Origin: Camelus dromedarius
Lineage: Eukaryota
Direction of reading: 5' to 3'
Assembly: GCF_036321535.1 (NCBI RefSeq)
Contig: NC_087436.1
Coordinates: 76,882,001 to 76,946,000 of the forward strand
Length of the DNA stretch: 64,000 nucleotides
The notes under the pieces are model-generated. The model ran no database searches. It was not told the origin of the DNA and worked only from the letters and a program-made list of their open reading frames with translations. Of this stretch, positions 38,672-51,674 are shown in pieces; positions within the stretch are counted from its first letter, which is position 1, and each line of letters starts with the position of its first letter. A program made the translations under genes and the position numbers.

Positions 38672-39107
38672 TGTAGCAGATGCTGTTGACGCCCCAGCCA
38701 TGTCCCCTCAGCACTTACCATCTGTGCATGCCAGCCTGACTTCCAGCGAAGGACCTTTATCTCTTTGCCTGATGGCTTTCTCTGGCTATCAAAGCCTGCC
38801 CTGCCTCCACACACAGCACACAGAGAGTTCTTGCAAATGAATGCCCCATAAGATCAACGAGTGACCAGTGGGCATTGTATGTCAGTATTCCAACTCCCCG
38901 CTACCTTGGACTGGATAATGCTGAGGCGTACGTTCTGCTCCGTTTCAAACCGTATCTTGGTTGCTGGATAATGCACTCTTTATTGGCTTCCCTTCTCGGT
39001 CTCACTTCCTTACTCCCTTACCACTGTTTCCACAGATATTCTCCCAAATATGTGCTCTCAAATGTTTGTTTCTAGCACTCCTTCTGGGGAGGAAAGCCAT
39101 TAAGATA
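38672..39107 (+). mobile_element. LTR16-family 3' LTR
   Basis: Starts TGTAGCAGATGCTGTTG..GCCCC; ends CTTCTGGGGAGGAAAGCCATTAAGATA. Confidence 0.8.
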
Positions 39108-39139
39108 TACAAGTAAATAAAATGGGAAGTAAAAAGTTT

Positions 39140-39860
39140 CTTCCCTTTTTCATTTGGAATTCTGGCACATCACCACCTAAGTTGCCCAGCAACAACACAG
39201 GATAGCTGATGGAGATTAGAAACTGTGATGTGACACGGAAGCACAAAAGGAGGGGGGCAAGAAATAGTACCTTCTGAGTCTTTCTCTGTGAGGTTTGTAA
39301 GAGATTTAGAAACTCTGACATGACGTAACCGAGTTGAGAGTCGGAAAGCCTGCTAGAGTAAGAGGTGACATCATTGTTAAAACTGCTGAGGACCAGCAAT
39401 GCCACCAAGAGTTAAGGCGGAGCAACTTTTGTAAGTGGAAGATCACAGTGCCTTGGCCATACCAAGAGACCAGACAACAAGTTTCACTAGCCTCAGAATT
39501 CCGCAAGTGATCCATAAGGGTCCTGGTGAGGAGGAAGGATGAGGGTCGTGGCCCAGAACCCAGGGAGAACACAATCTCTTTTCCCATGACCATGAGAACA
39601 GATAAGCCCTCTTGAATCCAGATATCTTTCAAGTAGGATAGGAAAGGAGGAGTCACAGAAAGGTGAACTTTGGAATGTCTGAACAGTTATATATAACGGG
39701 GCTGCTTAAAACCAGGAGACTGAGATCATTTTAATTGGCAAGTTTAACTGCTGCCTCAGCACAACCCACACTATCCAGCTAAGGGGGCTCAAGAGGAAGA
39801 GTTTTATGTTAATGTCACCCCCACTATACAGATTCAGTGTCTTCAAAGAATAGCTGAATT
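39140..39860 (+). mobile_element. Possible ancient LTR (MamGyp/LTR8x-like)
   Basis: Weak resemblance only (GACTGAGATCATTTTAATTGGCAAGTTTAA). Confidence 0.3.
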
Positions 39861-40664
39861 CACACTTTCCCTCATTTATTAAGGGGAGAAATGCTTTTGA
39901 TAGATATACTTTTTAATGTAATTGTACTTTAATAATACGCTACCCTGGAGTACATCAAGAAGTACATGAATACATCTACACTTTCCAGGGGCATAAAGAG
40001 AGAAAGACAAGGGCATTGGCACAGCAGGCTGCGCAGACAGGACGGCCCTCGGGTGCAGCCAGCCGCACCCACATGAGACCGAGAAAGAGGTGAGGCTGTG
40101 TCTTAAAAGACGCTGGACCTCAGGCACCTGAAAGGGCCAACAGGCCAAAAGGCAATTAACAAGTGTCCCTTCTCCTTCTCTCTGGAAACTCTTGTCCCCT
40201 CGCTTCCATACTTGTCCTGTGTCTTCTCTTAACAACTAGTAGTTCAACCACTCTGCACCAAAATGCCATTAAGAAAGGTGATCTCACACAAAGGGGGGCT
40301 TCAGATACCTTAGACCTGAGTAAGCACATTCAGATAAAGAAGTATTGTAACATATATGTTTTTTTTTAATGCTTTGAAATAGATCCTAAAACAGAAACCA
40401 AAAAAAAAAAAAAAAAAAAGAGAAGAGAGAGAGAGAAATGTGGGGATTTCAGAGGTGAACTTGTTCACAAAACTGTTAGCCTGAGCTTCAAACCCACATC
40501 AATATTAATCAAGACGCCTTAAATTGACTCCTTAGAGCACTTTGTAAAGTGCCATATAAACAAAAGTACTATTATTGGAAATCTAAAACAGAAAAGACAA
40601 TACAACATATAAAATGTCTTTTATAGGCGCAGCCTGATAATTAGTATAATTAAAGCCCACTTTT

Positions 40665-40750
40665 GGCACCAGATGGGCTTGGATTTTAATCCCAGATCTG
40701 CCACCTGCTACCTGTGCAGTCTTGAACAGTTTATTTAACCTTTCTGAGAA
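40665..40750 (+). mobile_element. MIR 5' fragment
   Basis: AATCCCAGATCTGCCAC...CTTGAACAGTTTATTTAACCTTTCTGAG. Confidence 0.65.
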
Positions 40751-41969
40751 TAAACTGAATGTTGTGCAGATTAACCCAGACGTATAAAGTTTCAGGAACA
40801 TCATAGATGCCTGATAGTTATAATCTTCCCACTCCATTCACAGCCACCCGCCACAGCTAGGAGAGGGAAGGAGGGGAGCCTTGGAAAACTGAGACTGAAG
40901 GTACAGAGGAAGAAGGCAAAGCTCAGGGGGAAAGTGTAGACAGAAGAGTGAAAGACAAAATACTTTATGGAAGGCTCCTGTATGCCCTAGTACATGCATT
41001 CTGATAAGTCCAAGTAAATTTTTAAAATATCTATTCTGAGCATCTAAGCATTCATGTCATTATGACACCTACATCTTCAGTCTCCTCAAAATCCTCTGGA
41101 ATCCACCTGAGACAGGTATCCAAACTGGAGAACCTGCTAGAATGCTGATTCCCAGGCCCCATGCCCAGGGGTTCTGATTCAAAATCCTTCTGCATTTTCA
41201 TAAAAGAGGCTAATATTCGGAGATAACAAGTGAGGTTTCTCTAGCCATTTTCACCCCAGTACTAAATTTTCCTGTTGCTTTTCCCCTATTCATTCAGAAG
41301 CAGCATTACCTCAGGGCAAAAAAAAATAATAATAAAAAGAAGAATCAAAATATTACTTTTCAACAGAAAATTTAATTCCACAGAACCTTCAACTTTGAAA
41401 GGGGAAGAAAGGCTTATGGTGAATGGCAAAATTCAAGGACCATACCATAGACCATGGATTTGGGGAAGAATCAGATAACATCCCATTTTCCCGCCCACCC
41501 CTAGCCCAAGAAAAGATGGAGCTTACTCACCTAGAGGGAAGGGAACCCTGCAGAGAGAAAGCAGAATTAGGTGTGAATGTGAAATTTCTGGTCAGTAAAG
41601 ATCGAGGAGGAGGACAATTTAGACCAAACCTCTGATGTCATGGGACCACTAAAAAGTAACTGTGGAACTTAGATATGATCTCAGGAAAAGAGGGTAAAGC
41701 AGAACTCTGAATCTGAGTAAATTTAAACCTACAGCGATAGGATAATCCATGAATTCCTGGGTTTTCTGAATGTCAGTAGATTTAATGTTTCTGTCATCAA
41801 TTGAGAACAGGGCCTCTAGGCAGAAATTAAATTCAGTTATGTAAATTTTATAAAAGTTATATACTTCCTCACATGTTTTGGAGATTGTACCACCTACTGC
41901 AATTTAAAAAGCCACCTCAGTCCTTCTGACGCAGGTGACCTGCAAACCACGCTCAGGAACATTGAACTA

Positions 41970-42110
41970 TCATGGGTGATTCTCCTCCACACTGAGCTCC
42001 AGCCTCACCTGTAAAATGGTACCTACTTTGTAGGGTCAACGTAAGGATTTAATAAAACAATACATGTTACTTGACATATAGTAAGTTATCAATAACTATT
42101 AACTTGATAT
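41970..42110 (+). mobile_element. MIR fragment
   Basis: CCTCACCTGTAAAATGG..TACCTAC..TAGGGT..AGGATT. Confidence 0.6.
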
Positions 42111-42649
42111 TAGCAGAGAAATATTTCTTACTCGCTCCTGATATTTTCTTCTCTATGGAGAGATCTTAAGTAGTGCAAATGCTGGTATTTTTTTATACAG
42201 CTTTACTGTGGAGTGTAATGACTTACCTGATTGGCAGATCTGGGAAGAATAAACTGGAGTGTTGTTGGCTCAGCTCCTTCCTGCTGCTTCCTGAGAACCT
42301 GTTGTCAGTGGCCTTCTGCTGGGAACAAGCCACCCATTCCTCCTCCAGAGACAGAGTGTCCCTATAGTGAAGCTCCCCCTGGTCCAGCATTATCTGTACC
42401 TGGGCATTTCTCCTAACCCTGCGCTCCGTTAGCAGTCTCATTTAGCTTTCACATGGTCTAACTTAACTTCTCTAGGCAACAGGGTTCTATTTTAGCCTAC
42501 TGCTTTTCCTTTACATTGTATATCAGTTTGTTTGAAAATTAGATATTGAAGAAGACTGCTATTTAGTAAGCTCCTAAGGAATCCCTGCACTGATTTTAAA
42601 CGAGATAAGTAAAAACCATAAAATTTACCCAAAATGTCTTGGTTTTTAC

Positions 42650-44393
42650 ATACTCTCAGAAATTTTACCTAAAAAATTAATTAAGGGTAGAAATATATAT
42701 GCACAATAATTTTCATAATATTTATGAATAAGAATTTTAATGATTAGAAAAATGTAAATATCCAACAACAGACAACTAAAGTCTGGTATCCATAAAATGG
42801 AATACTATGCAGACATTAAATAAAATATTGTAGACTTCAAATTCTGACTAGATGAAATACGAGGGACCAGATTTACTCTAATACTTTAACAACTAAAAAC
42901 ATGGACAAATGTATGAAGAAATAATGTTCAGACGTGAGACAACAAGCAGCACAGGACTGCGATCCCTGAGAGATCAGAGACAAGTTGAATCCTACATTTT
43001 TACCAGCCTACTGTTTGGAGATGGTTTTCAGTCCATAGAACAGGAAGGAAGAACTCAAACAAAGATCAGGAGTACTGCCTCGATGAGAAGACAGGGACAG
43101 AGTTCAAGGCAGCTACAACTTGCAGGGCTCTACATAGAAAGGGCTCCATAGCTCTGCAGTGGGTCCCACTGTCTTTGGTGGAGTATTGGTCTGCACATGT
43201 CTAAGAAAAAAACTTTGAAAGGTCAGGCGGGAAAATACCTAAGAGGAATAGGCAAAACAATTCTGGAGCTCACATAAGGCTGGAAATAGTTTGTCCTCCC
43301 ATCAGTCAGAATGGAAAAATCTCATAATACATGGGCATCAGATGGAATTCTCAGAAGGGCATCAACTTAGTAGTGGAGCTAAATTAATCCCAGTCTAAAG
43401 GGTTATCCACACAAACAAAGATTAAATCTCAAAAAAGTGCAACTGATTAACTGTGGACCTGACCAAATTCTAACATTACTCAAAAGAATCATCAGAATTC
43501 ATCAATCAGCAACATAAATTCCCAATGTCGGGTGTCTAATCAAAAATTGCAAGACATTCACATAAACAAGAAAATATGACTTATAACCAGAATGAAAATC
43601 AAAGTATAGAAACACAAAGAAAATTTACGTGAATGATGAAACTAGCAGACAGGAATATTAAAACAGTTAATATAAATAAGCTCCATATATTTAAGAAAGT
43701 AACAGAAAACATGACCATAAATGGGAGTTATGTAAAAAAATTTTACCTCTAGAGATGTAAAATACTATACCTGAAAAGAAAAAAAGACATGGAACAGGAT
43801 CAAGAACGAATTAGATATTAGAGGAGAAAAATATCAGTGAATTTGAAGACATAACAACATTAACTTTCCAAAATGAAAGACAGAAGAAAAAAATACTGAA
43901 AAATAAGTGGGCAGAGCATTAGTAAACTGGTCAAACTTATAAGTGGTTGAACTCCAAAATGAGAGAATAAAGTGGAGACAGAACAGAGTATTTGAAAAAA
44001 TAACAGATGAAAAATTTCCAAGTTTGATTAAAATACTACATATATTAAAACCCCACAAATCTAACTCTGAATCCCAAGCAGGAAAAACTAGAAGAAAAAC
44101 ATGGCAAGACACATAATAATCAAATTGCTGAAAGGATCAATTCAATAAATACAAAAAAAAGAATGGTTGATTAAATTGAACATCCATATCTGATAGAACT
44201 CTCCATAAACTATAGATAGAAAGGAATTTCCTCAACCTAAAAGATATCTATAAAAAAAAATCTATCACCAGTAGAATACTCAGTAGTGAATGAGTGGTTA
44301 CTTCAACTATAATTTTGGAATAAGGCAAGGATGGTCATTCTCAGCAATTTTATTCAACATTGCCTTGGAGATCTTAGCCAGGGAAACAAGGCA

Positions 44394-44481
<88 letters not shown>

Positions 44482-44710
44482 GAAAGAATAATAATTAAAA
44501 AGCCACTCAAGTTCAAAAAAGGAAATTTAAAATTTCTCTTTTTTTTCATAAAGGACACATGGTCTATGTAGAAAATCCTAAAGAATCTACAAAAAAAAAA
44601 AAATCCCAAAACAACACCCAAGTGAGCTAAGCAAAATCACAGGGTACAAGGGGTTAATCTACAAATATCAATTTTATTTCTCTATTTTATCAGCCTACAT
44701 TCGGAAATTA
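42650..44710 (+). mobile_element. Old L1M fragments (3' scrap, 5'UTR/ORF1, ORF2 RT-region scrap)
   Basis: TTTGAAAAAATAACAGATGAAAAATTTCCAAGTTTGAT (ORF1); GGAATAAGGCAAGGATG..TATTCAACATTG (ORF2). Confidence 0.8.
44394..44481. repeat. Perfect (AAT)29 microsatellite
   Basis: Read directly. Confidence 0.97.
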
Positions 44711-45283
44711 GGTATTTGTCAGTTTTTAAATTTTTTACAATTTCTTTTTTCCTTCTAAATAAATATTCAAGATTGCACCTAATATTCTATTCATATTTTG
44801 TATTCTAGCTCTTAATGAAATTCTCCAAAATTTGACAAGCTTCAGGCCCCATAAAACCCTGGTGCTTTCCTAACACAAATGTTAGGGTCTACTTAAATGA
44901 TGTCTTATTGTGTACCACTGTAATGTGAAGCACACTTAGGAAATAATTAAACCTACTAATGCAACATTCTGCATGCTTCCTTCTAAAATAATAGTTCCAA
45001 ATTATCAACGAGATCATTTATAGAAAGCACTCTGTGAAGTAGTAAGTGCCAAATCAATGCAAAATATTACCCTTATTATCCTTTTAAATATAAGCATCTG
45101 GAGCTCTCAACATTTGTCTGATAACCATTTTGTGATCTTCTAGCAGTTAGTATATGACACTGCTGGGGCTGTGGAGGGTGTAAAGATAAAATATATCCAA
45201 TAATTGCCTTCAGGGAATTTACAGTCTCCAGTATGGTAACACTTTAAACTGAACACAAAATTCAGATATAAACTCTATGTTAG

Positions 45284-45648
45284 TGCTATGAACTGAATTT
45301 CGTCCCTCCAAAATTCATCTGTTGAAGCCCTAACTCCCAACATGATGGTATTCGGAGAAGAGGCCTTTGGGAGGTGATGAGGTTTAGATCAGTTCATGAG
45401 GATGGAACCCGGATGGTGGGCTTAGTGCCCTTATGAAAAGAGACACCAAAGAGCTTACTCTCTCTCTCTCCCAACCACATGAAGAAGGCAGCGGTCTGCA
45501 AGCCAAGGAGAGAGTTCTCACCAGAATCCAACGCTGTTGGCACCCTGAACTCTGACTTCCAGCCTTTGGAACTGTGAGAAAATTAATTTCTGTTGTTAAA
45601 CCACCCAGTTACGGTATCTTGTTCTGTTGACCAAGGCCAACTAATATA
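45284..45648 (+). mobile_element. MLT1A-like solo LTR
   Basis: TGCTATGAACTGAAT..CCAAAATTCATCTGTTGAAGCCCTAAC; 5-bp near-TSD GTTAG/GTCAG. Confidence 0.9.
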
Positions 45649-45649
45649 G

Positions 45650-45892
45650 TCAGCAAATTTCAATGTTTTTAAAATTATAGTCCACATTTTAAAGTGGAAA
45701 TTATATTCCAATACACAGACACACTTAGACAAAGTTTTCACAAAATAATACTTAAGCTTAGTGCATGCTACCTACACTTTCTCATAGTTTTCTCTTCTAC
45801 CCTACTTCATTTTGTAAAATGCTGGCCCCAACTCTTTTAGTTTATTTCATTACCTCCTAATAAATCACAACCTATTATTTGAAAAATACCAT
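45650..45892. mobile_element. Probable hAT-Charlie MER fragment, subfamily undetermined
   Basis: AAATGCTGG...TTTGAAAAATAC terminus-like sequence. Confidence 0.4.
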
Positions 45893-46400
45893 TCTATGTG
45901 ACTATTTTATTCTATTGGGTGTGTACTAAAAAATCCATTCCATTAATATAACCTATACGGAAATCTCTACTAGCTCTAATAAAAATTGTTTTGAACTCTA
46001 CTGAGTGAAAAAGAAGACACTGAAACCCTAACAGCCCTTCCTCCCAATTATTCATACATACATTTTATTAGAGCAAAGACCTAGGTGTCGCTCTATATAC
46101 ATACATATTCAAGAGAGCACACACACACACATATACTCACATGCCTTTACCCTCTGTGTATCTATATATTAAAATTGATTGCTTTTTCACAGTGACAACT
46201 GCAATGAAAGCTCCCTGCAGGGACTCACAGGAGTCTGAGTGAAGGGGTTATTTTAGCGGTTCTTCACCATCCGAGAATCGCATTGAGCCACAAGAGCTTT
46301 CTGACAGGACTTGGCAAGCTTTGCATTATATTCAAGATTGTTTATTCTGTTGGAAAATTTATCATAAAGGGGTTTGGCTCTTTTCTAAAGTACATTCGGG

Positions 46401-46473
46401 GTGTGTGTGTGTGCGCGCACACGTGTGTGGGCATGTGTGTGCATATGCACACATGTGCATATATATGTATATA
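46401..46473. repeat. Alternating purine-pyrimidine tract with palindromes
   Basis: (GT)n GCGCGC ACAC... read directly. Confidence 0.85.
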
Positions 46474-46899
46474 TTAATATTCCATAAAATATATGGATAT
46501 AGATGGAGATACAGAGATATTTTGTTAATTCTTTAATGGCAACATGTGTGCCTGAGTTATTATTAAACTAATAATTATTATAATGATAAATAATTACTTA
46601 CTTACTTAGAAAACACGTCACATTGATGGAATAATGCTGAGATCCTACCTAGCCAAAGTACACATTTGCACCTACTAGCTGACTAATCACAATAACTGGA
46701 CTCAGTAATTTCCTTATCCTGCAAATTACTAATAAAATTTAGTTACTGCATTTCCAAGTTCCCAAATCTCTGTTTTTTCTTCATCTCCCCAGCTTACCTT
46801 TTCTGTAACCCATATTTTATTACATCCCAATCTTTTATTTCCCAATCTTTTGTTTCCTGCTCTTTCCAATATGATTCTCTTGGGCCTTCTAAAGTCCAC

Positions 46900-47212
46900 T
46901 ACTTGCTGTTCAGCCTGACTGTGATGTCCTCCCTCCCTTTATAGCAGGCTCCTATTCATCTCTCAAGATCAATCTCAGATAATCTCCTTCTGTGAACCCT
47001 TCTCTGACCAACCCGAACAGAATGAATCACTCCCCACCTCATATAATGAGGCTATAATGAGGCCCTCATCATCTTTTGTTTTTTCTCTTCTTACTCTTCT
47101 ATTAAAATATAACCTCCTTGAGGGTTGAGACTGTGTCATATTCATATTCCGTCTTCAGTGTCTCTTACAGACTGTGGTTCTAAGGTATTAAGTTGATTAA
47201 CTGATTGATTGA
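46900..47212 (+). mobile_element. L2 3' fragment
   Basis: CTCCTTCTGTGAACCCTTCTCTGACC; CTCCTTGAGGGTTGAGACTGTGTC. Confidence 0.6.
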
Positions 47213-48780
47213 CCCATTGATCAATATGTCTGCCCTAGGTTAAGGTGTGTACTCTTCTTGGGAGCCCTACTTTGTTCTGAAGCACTTTTCTCTGTCCTTT
47301 CTGAATTTTTCAAAATCTATTTACTAGAAGTTCATGAAGGTAGTCTGAACTTCTTTATGCAAAAATCTAAGCAAGCATCATAACCCAGTCTCACCTGAGA
47401 ATTTGCATCAATGGTGGTTGATACTATTCTCTGGAGTATGTCTGCATTACATTGGTTCCTTCTAATGATCAGAGGCAAGCTATTTTGAGCTTTCATCACG
47501 ATTATTATTTTTTTCTTATTGAAGGACTCCTCTAATAGAGCAGATATATCTAACAAGTCCTAGGTCAATAATAAAACCAGGGTAACAACATGTCACAGTT
47601 TCTGCTGAATTTGAGGATTAAGCTAGACATCTCTGTCTGAAGATTAAAAACATTCTAATTGTTAACAGTCCCAGAATTGGCATTATTTCATCATAACTGG
47701 GGCCAATGACGGAGGGATTCCTTGCTCCTAATTGCTGGCTCTCTGCAGGTTTGTCCAATATGGCTTAGCTGGAAGGAGAAATGGTGTTCTTACACATAGT
47801 ATTTTTTATCATTTTTTCCAGGCAGAAATTTGAAATGATTTCACCTGTGGTGAAATGCACTGTAACATCCTTTAATCTTTCTTGGAAAAGGTTTTCCTTA
47901 TTTTATACATGGATATACACATATCAAAATACTAATCAAGCATAATTCCTAACAAAAGGAGCTTTAAAAAGGATCAATTTTTCTTTCATTTCAGTGGTGG
48001 AGCTTTTCATAACAGAGCCCAGCAACCTTGAGCCACCTTGTTTAAGAAAAATAGTTGGAATTTACCAGTCTTATTTTTACCCATGGAAAAGAAAAGTTAT
48101 TATACATGGTAATATACCAGGGACCTCAGGCCAAGTGGGGAATTTTTCCGTAGGATTCCTGCAACACTCTTTTCCTGTAGAAAGTCTAAGTTCCCAAGTT
48201 TCCCAGAGAAGCAATCCTTCCAGACAATGTTCACCTATAGATAAGAAGAGGTTTATCCCCCAGTCCCAATGTCTGACAGTGAGGTCACAGGATGGGTAAT
48301 TCCAGCAACTGCTCTAATGGGAGTTAGAGCTCCTTGATCGTAGATCTAAATTCCTCTCTGGAGCAGCTCTCAGAATCTGTCTCCCAGGCATTCAGTTTCC
48401 CCTCCCAACCTTCTGTTAACGTCCTTAACATCTTTTCATGATTATACCCTGGATCTCAGACTAAACCAGGAGGCAGTTTCTTGATCCTACAGACTCCATT
48501 CTCACTCCCCTTCCCAATGTCTTCAAATTACCATTGCTGCCATCACAAAATTATTAGGTTGAATATTAGGTAGAATATTTCAATAACCTAAACAAGAAAT
48601 GAGGACCTGGACTGAGGCATAGCCATGAAAATGAGAGGTTCACCTTTGAGGGGCACCTCAGTTAACAAACAGAATAACTCGGTGATTAATCAGGGGTGAT
48701 AGAAAGGGAAGAAGCTATTAAACAGAAATGGAAATCAGACTGCTCTTCCAGTTACTGGTTACTGCTGGAAAGGAAAGGGC

Positions 48781-48782
<2 letters not shown>

Positions 48783-48824
<42 letters not shown>
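48783..48824. repeat. (GT)21 microsatellite
   Basis: Read directly. Confidence 0.95.
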
Positions 48825-48827
<3 letters not shown>

Positions 48828-49109
48828 CATGGGGAATCCATCAAAATAGCTAAGGAAAACCAAGCGAAATTCCCTAGATTAGACCATTTTTTACCTATAA
48901 AACTGTCACTTTCACTTGATTTCAACCTACAAGATTCAAGCCAAGGAGGAGTCATTTTCATTGCTGACAATCTTACTGGCATGTTTCACAACTTTCCATT
49001 TCCCATATTCCTTCTAGGTTTTTGTGTGCACAGAAAAATACTCGGTGGTAAGTCGTACAAGCCTCCTTAGGTCTCTAAACTACCAGTAAATCTACAGACG
49101 CTTCTTTTT

Positions 49110-49310
49110 TAATAATAATAATGCTAGATAAGTGCACTTCCACAAAGATTATATCATATTATCCTCACAGTAATATCCCCAGGGAAGCTATTATCCTCAT
49201 CGTGCATATGGAAACAGGCTCAAAGAGGTTAAACGGCTTGTCTGACGACAAATGGAAAGTAATGACCTCTAAGTTGCCTAACCGCTAGTCTGCTGTTCTT
49301 TCCACTTTGT
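49110..49310 (-). mobile_element. MIR
   Basis: ATCCTCACAG...GGAAACAGGCTCAAAGAGGTTAAACGGCTTG. Confidence 0.7.
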
Positions 49311-50681
49311 GTACATTTCCCATCTATGAAACAGAAAAGAGGAGATTAGGTATGCTTCCCATCAGCCATGTCTAAACCAGCAGAGAAAGGCCAACAAAAC
49401 AAACAAGGTCAACTTTTATTTTCTAAATTGTGATCATTTCATACAGGCTTAAAAGTTATTACAATTATCATTATTTCCACTTCTCAAAGTAATTGTATCT
49501 ACAGACCTCTTGTCACATTACATCCTGTGGAGCTTCACTGTTGGGAAGACCACTGGGCAGCCTCACAGCAAAGGAACTTTTCCTGTTCTCCTGCCCAGAT
49601 TTGCCTTTCCTGGTGTTAGCTGCTTTCCTCTAGTGACTGTGCTGCCTAGAGAACATGCCCAGTGTGTTTTCTTTGTTTCATAGAAGAGGCCTGCAGAAGA
49701 CTTCGGATTTTAATTTGAAAAATAAATAAATGCCCTTGAAAAAGGATGAATGTATTCCCCTAGGCCTCTTTCATTAATATGAGCCTCATGAAATGCAGAG
49801 TTCAGTAGTGAGATTCAAGGTTAGAGGCAGAAGACCACACAGACTTGGAGAAGCCTTAAAAAATAAGAGAGGAAAATGTGGTTTATTAGTTATACTAGTT
49901 ACAGAATGAACAGCATATTGTATGTGCTGTGTTAGAGGTATGTTATGAATAACAAAAGCCCTGGAGCATTTACATATTTGTTTTCAGCAATCCTGGCAGT
50001 TGGATTTCACCATTCTATGCCTCTTTGCCAGAATCACTAAACACTGGTACATATGGCATCTGAAGTACCATATGCCATAGAAAATGTTAGCTGATGCCTA
50101 TACTTCTATATTATATTTTTATTTCAGATTTTTGCAGTTTGAACAAAGAATAGTAGAAAAAACAAAATATTGGACAAGCAGTAAACAGTAAAGTGAAAAA
50201 AATGCCTTCAGAGAAAGCAAATAAAAGAGATGAATCTACCATGAGTTAGCATGGCTCTATGGTAATGAATCGGATATGGGAAGTAATTGTTCTGCATGAA
50301 TAAATTTAGATAGCCTGTCATTCTATTATTTTGGAGTTAAAGCCTGCAACGTGAATAGTGAGAGCTGACATATTTTTCTTATCCTATTCTTTCTGACATT
50401 TCTTGCTAAAATCATAGTCTCCATTTGATTGAAGTTAATTAACATGAAGGCTATAGTCAGTGACATTCAAAATCCAGGTTAAAACAGAAAAATTCAAATA
50501 CCAAGACTTATTTTTCAATATTCATTTAGATCTTTGACTGAGATTTTCAGCTAGCATCTAGTTTTTGTTTTTGTTTTTGTTCGTAAACACAGGAAGACTC
50601 TAAAGTTAAAAATCAGTATAATTGAATACTTAGCTCTCTTAAAACAGAGAAGCAAACAAAAATCCCATGGCCAGCAAGAAA

Positions 50682-51095
50682 TTGTGATTTATAAGTAAGA
50701 AATACACATTTTTGATCATTCAGATGACCAAAATACATTTCTCATATATATTTGGTCTTCATTCAGAGTTCCTGGCTCACAGCTCCCAAATCCCTTGGAA
50801 TTTCCTGAGCAATAACAGCAATAGGAACATCTTTTGTTATACTTGGTCTCTTATCCTTAGTGCCTGAAAATGCTTCAGAGCCACAAAGGTGAAACAGGTG
50901 TTTTATTATTCATCACAAGCCCCTTTCCACCACAACTAGGTTTACATTAAAGAAGGTGACTTTTGGCCAGGGTAACCAACTATGAATAGAGGGTTGGAAG
51001 GAACTTTCAGTGCCAGTTTCTGATCTCCAGGGAGGGAAAGGGAGCTAGAGATTGAGTCAATCACCAATAGCCAGTGAGCTAATCAGTCATGCTCA
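50682..51095 (+). mobile_element. MER21-like LTR, 3' truncated
   Basis: GTTCCTGGCTCACAGCTCCCAAATCCCTTGGAATTTCCTGAG; GAGATTGAGTCAATCACCAATAGCCAGTGA. Confidence 0.75.
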
Positions 51096-51221
51096 ATCAG
51101 GCCAGAACCAAAAATATCCAGCTCCCAATCTTATATAAAGAAACTAAAACTATATGAGGGCTCTTCTAAGATGTGAGCCTCCCTTGATAGAGCTCTAAAT
51201 CTAAAAACATAACAAGGTAAA

Positions 51222-51674
51222 TGTATTTGTTTCCTAAGGCTTCCATAACTAATTACTACAAACCCTGTGGCTTTGAACAACAGAAATGTGTTCTCTCACA
51301 GTTCTAGAGGCCAGGACTCCAAAACCAAGGTGTAATCTCTTTCCAAAGGCTCTAAGGGAGAAAACAACTTGCCTCTTCCAACTCCTGATGGTTCTAGGCA
51401 TTCCTTGGCTTATGGCTGCTTAACCTGAATCTCTGCCTTCATCTTCCCATGGCCTTCACCTCATTTTTTTATGTATCACTCTTTTGTGTGTCTCTTATAA
51501 GGACACTTGTCATTGCGTTTAAAGACCAATCAGGTAAGGTAGGGTAATCTCATCTTAAAATCCAAACAATTATGTCTGCAAAGACCATTTTTCCAAATAA
51601 GATCACACTCTCAGATTCTAGGGATTAGAATGTTGCCATATCTTTTGGAGGACAACACCATTCAACCCACTGAA
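51222..51674 (-). mobile_element. MLT1C-like LTR
   Basis: TGTATTTGTTTCCTAAGGC..AACAACAGAAATGTGTTCTCTCACAGTTCTAGAGGC..TTTCCAAATAAGATCACA..ATTCAACCCACT. Confidence 0.88.

Noticed and set aside
44290..44621. Poly-Ile ORFs on both strands
   Set aside because: Translation of the (AAT)n microsatellite inside a decayed L1
48552..48590. TATTAGGTTGAA resembling a MADE2 terminus
   Set aside because: Only a short 12-bp near-duplication with no matching second end or internal sequence
48696..49070. 124-aa ORF with a CVCVCV run
   Set aside because: The run is the (GT)n repeat and the rest is unrecognisable
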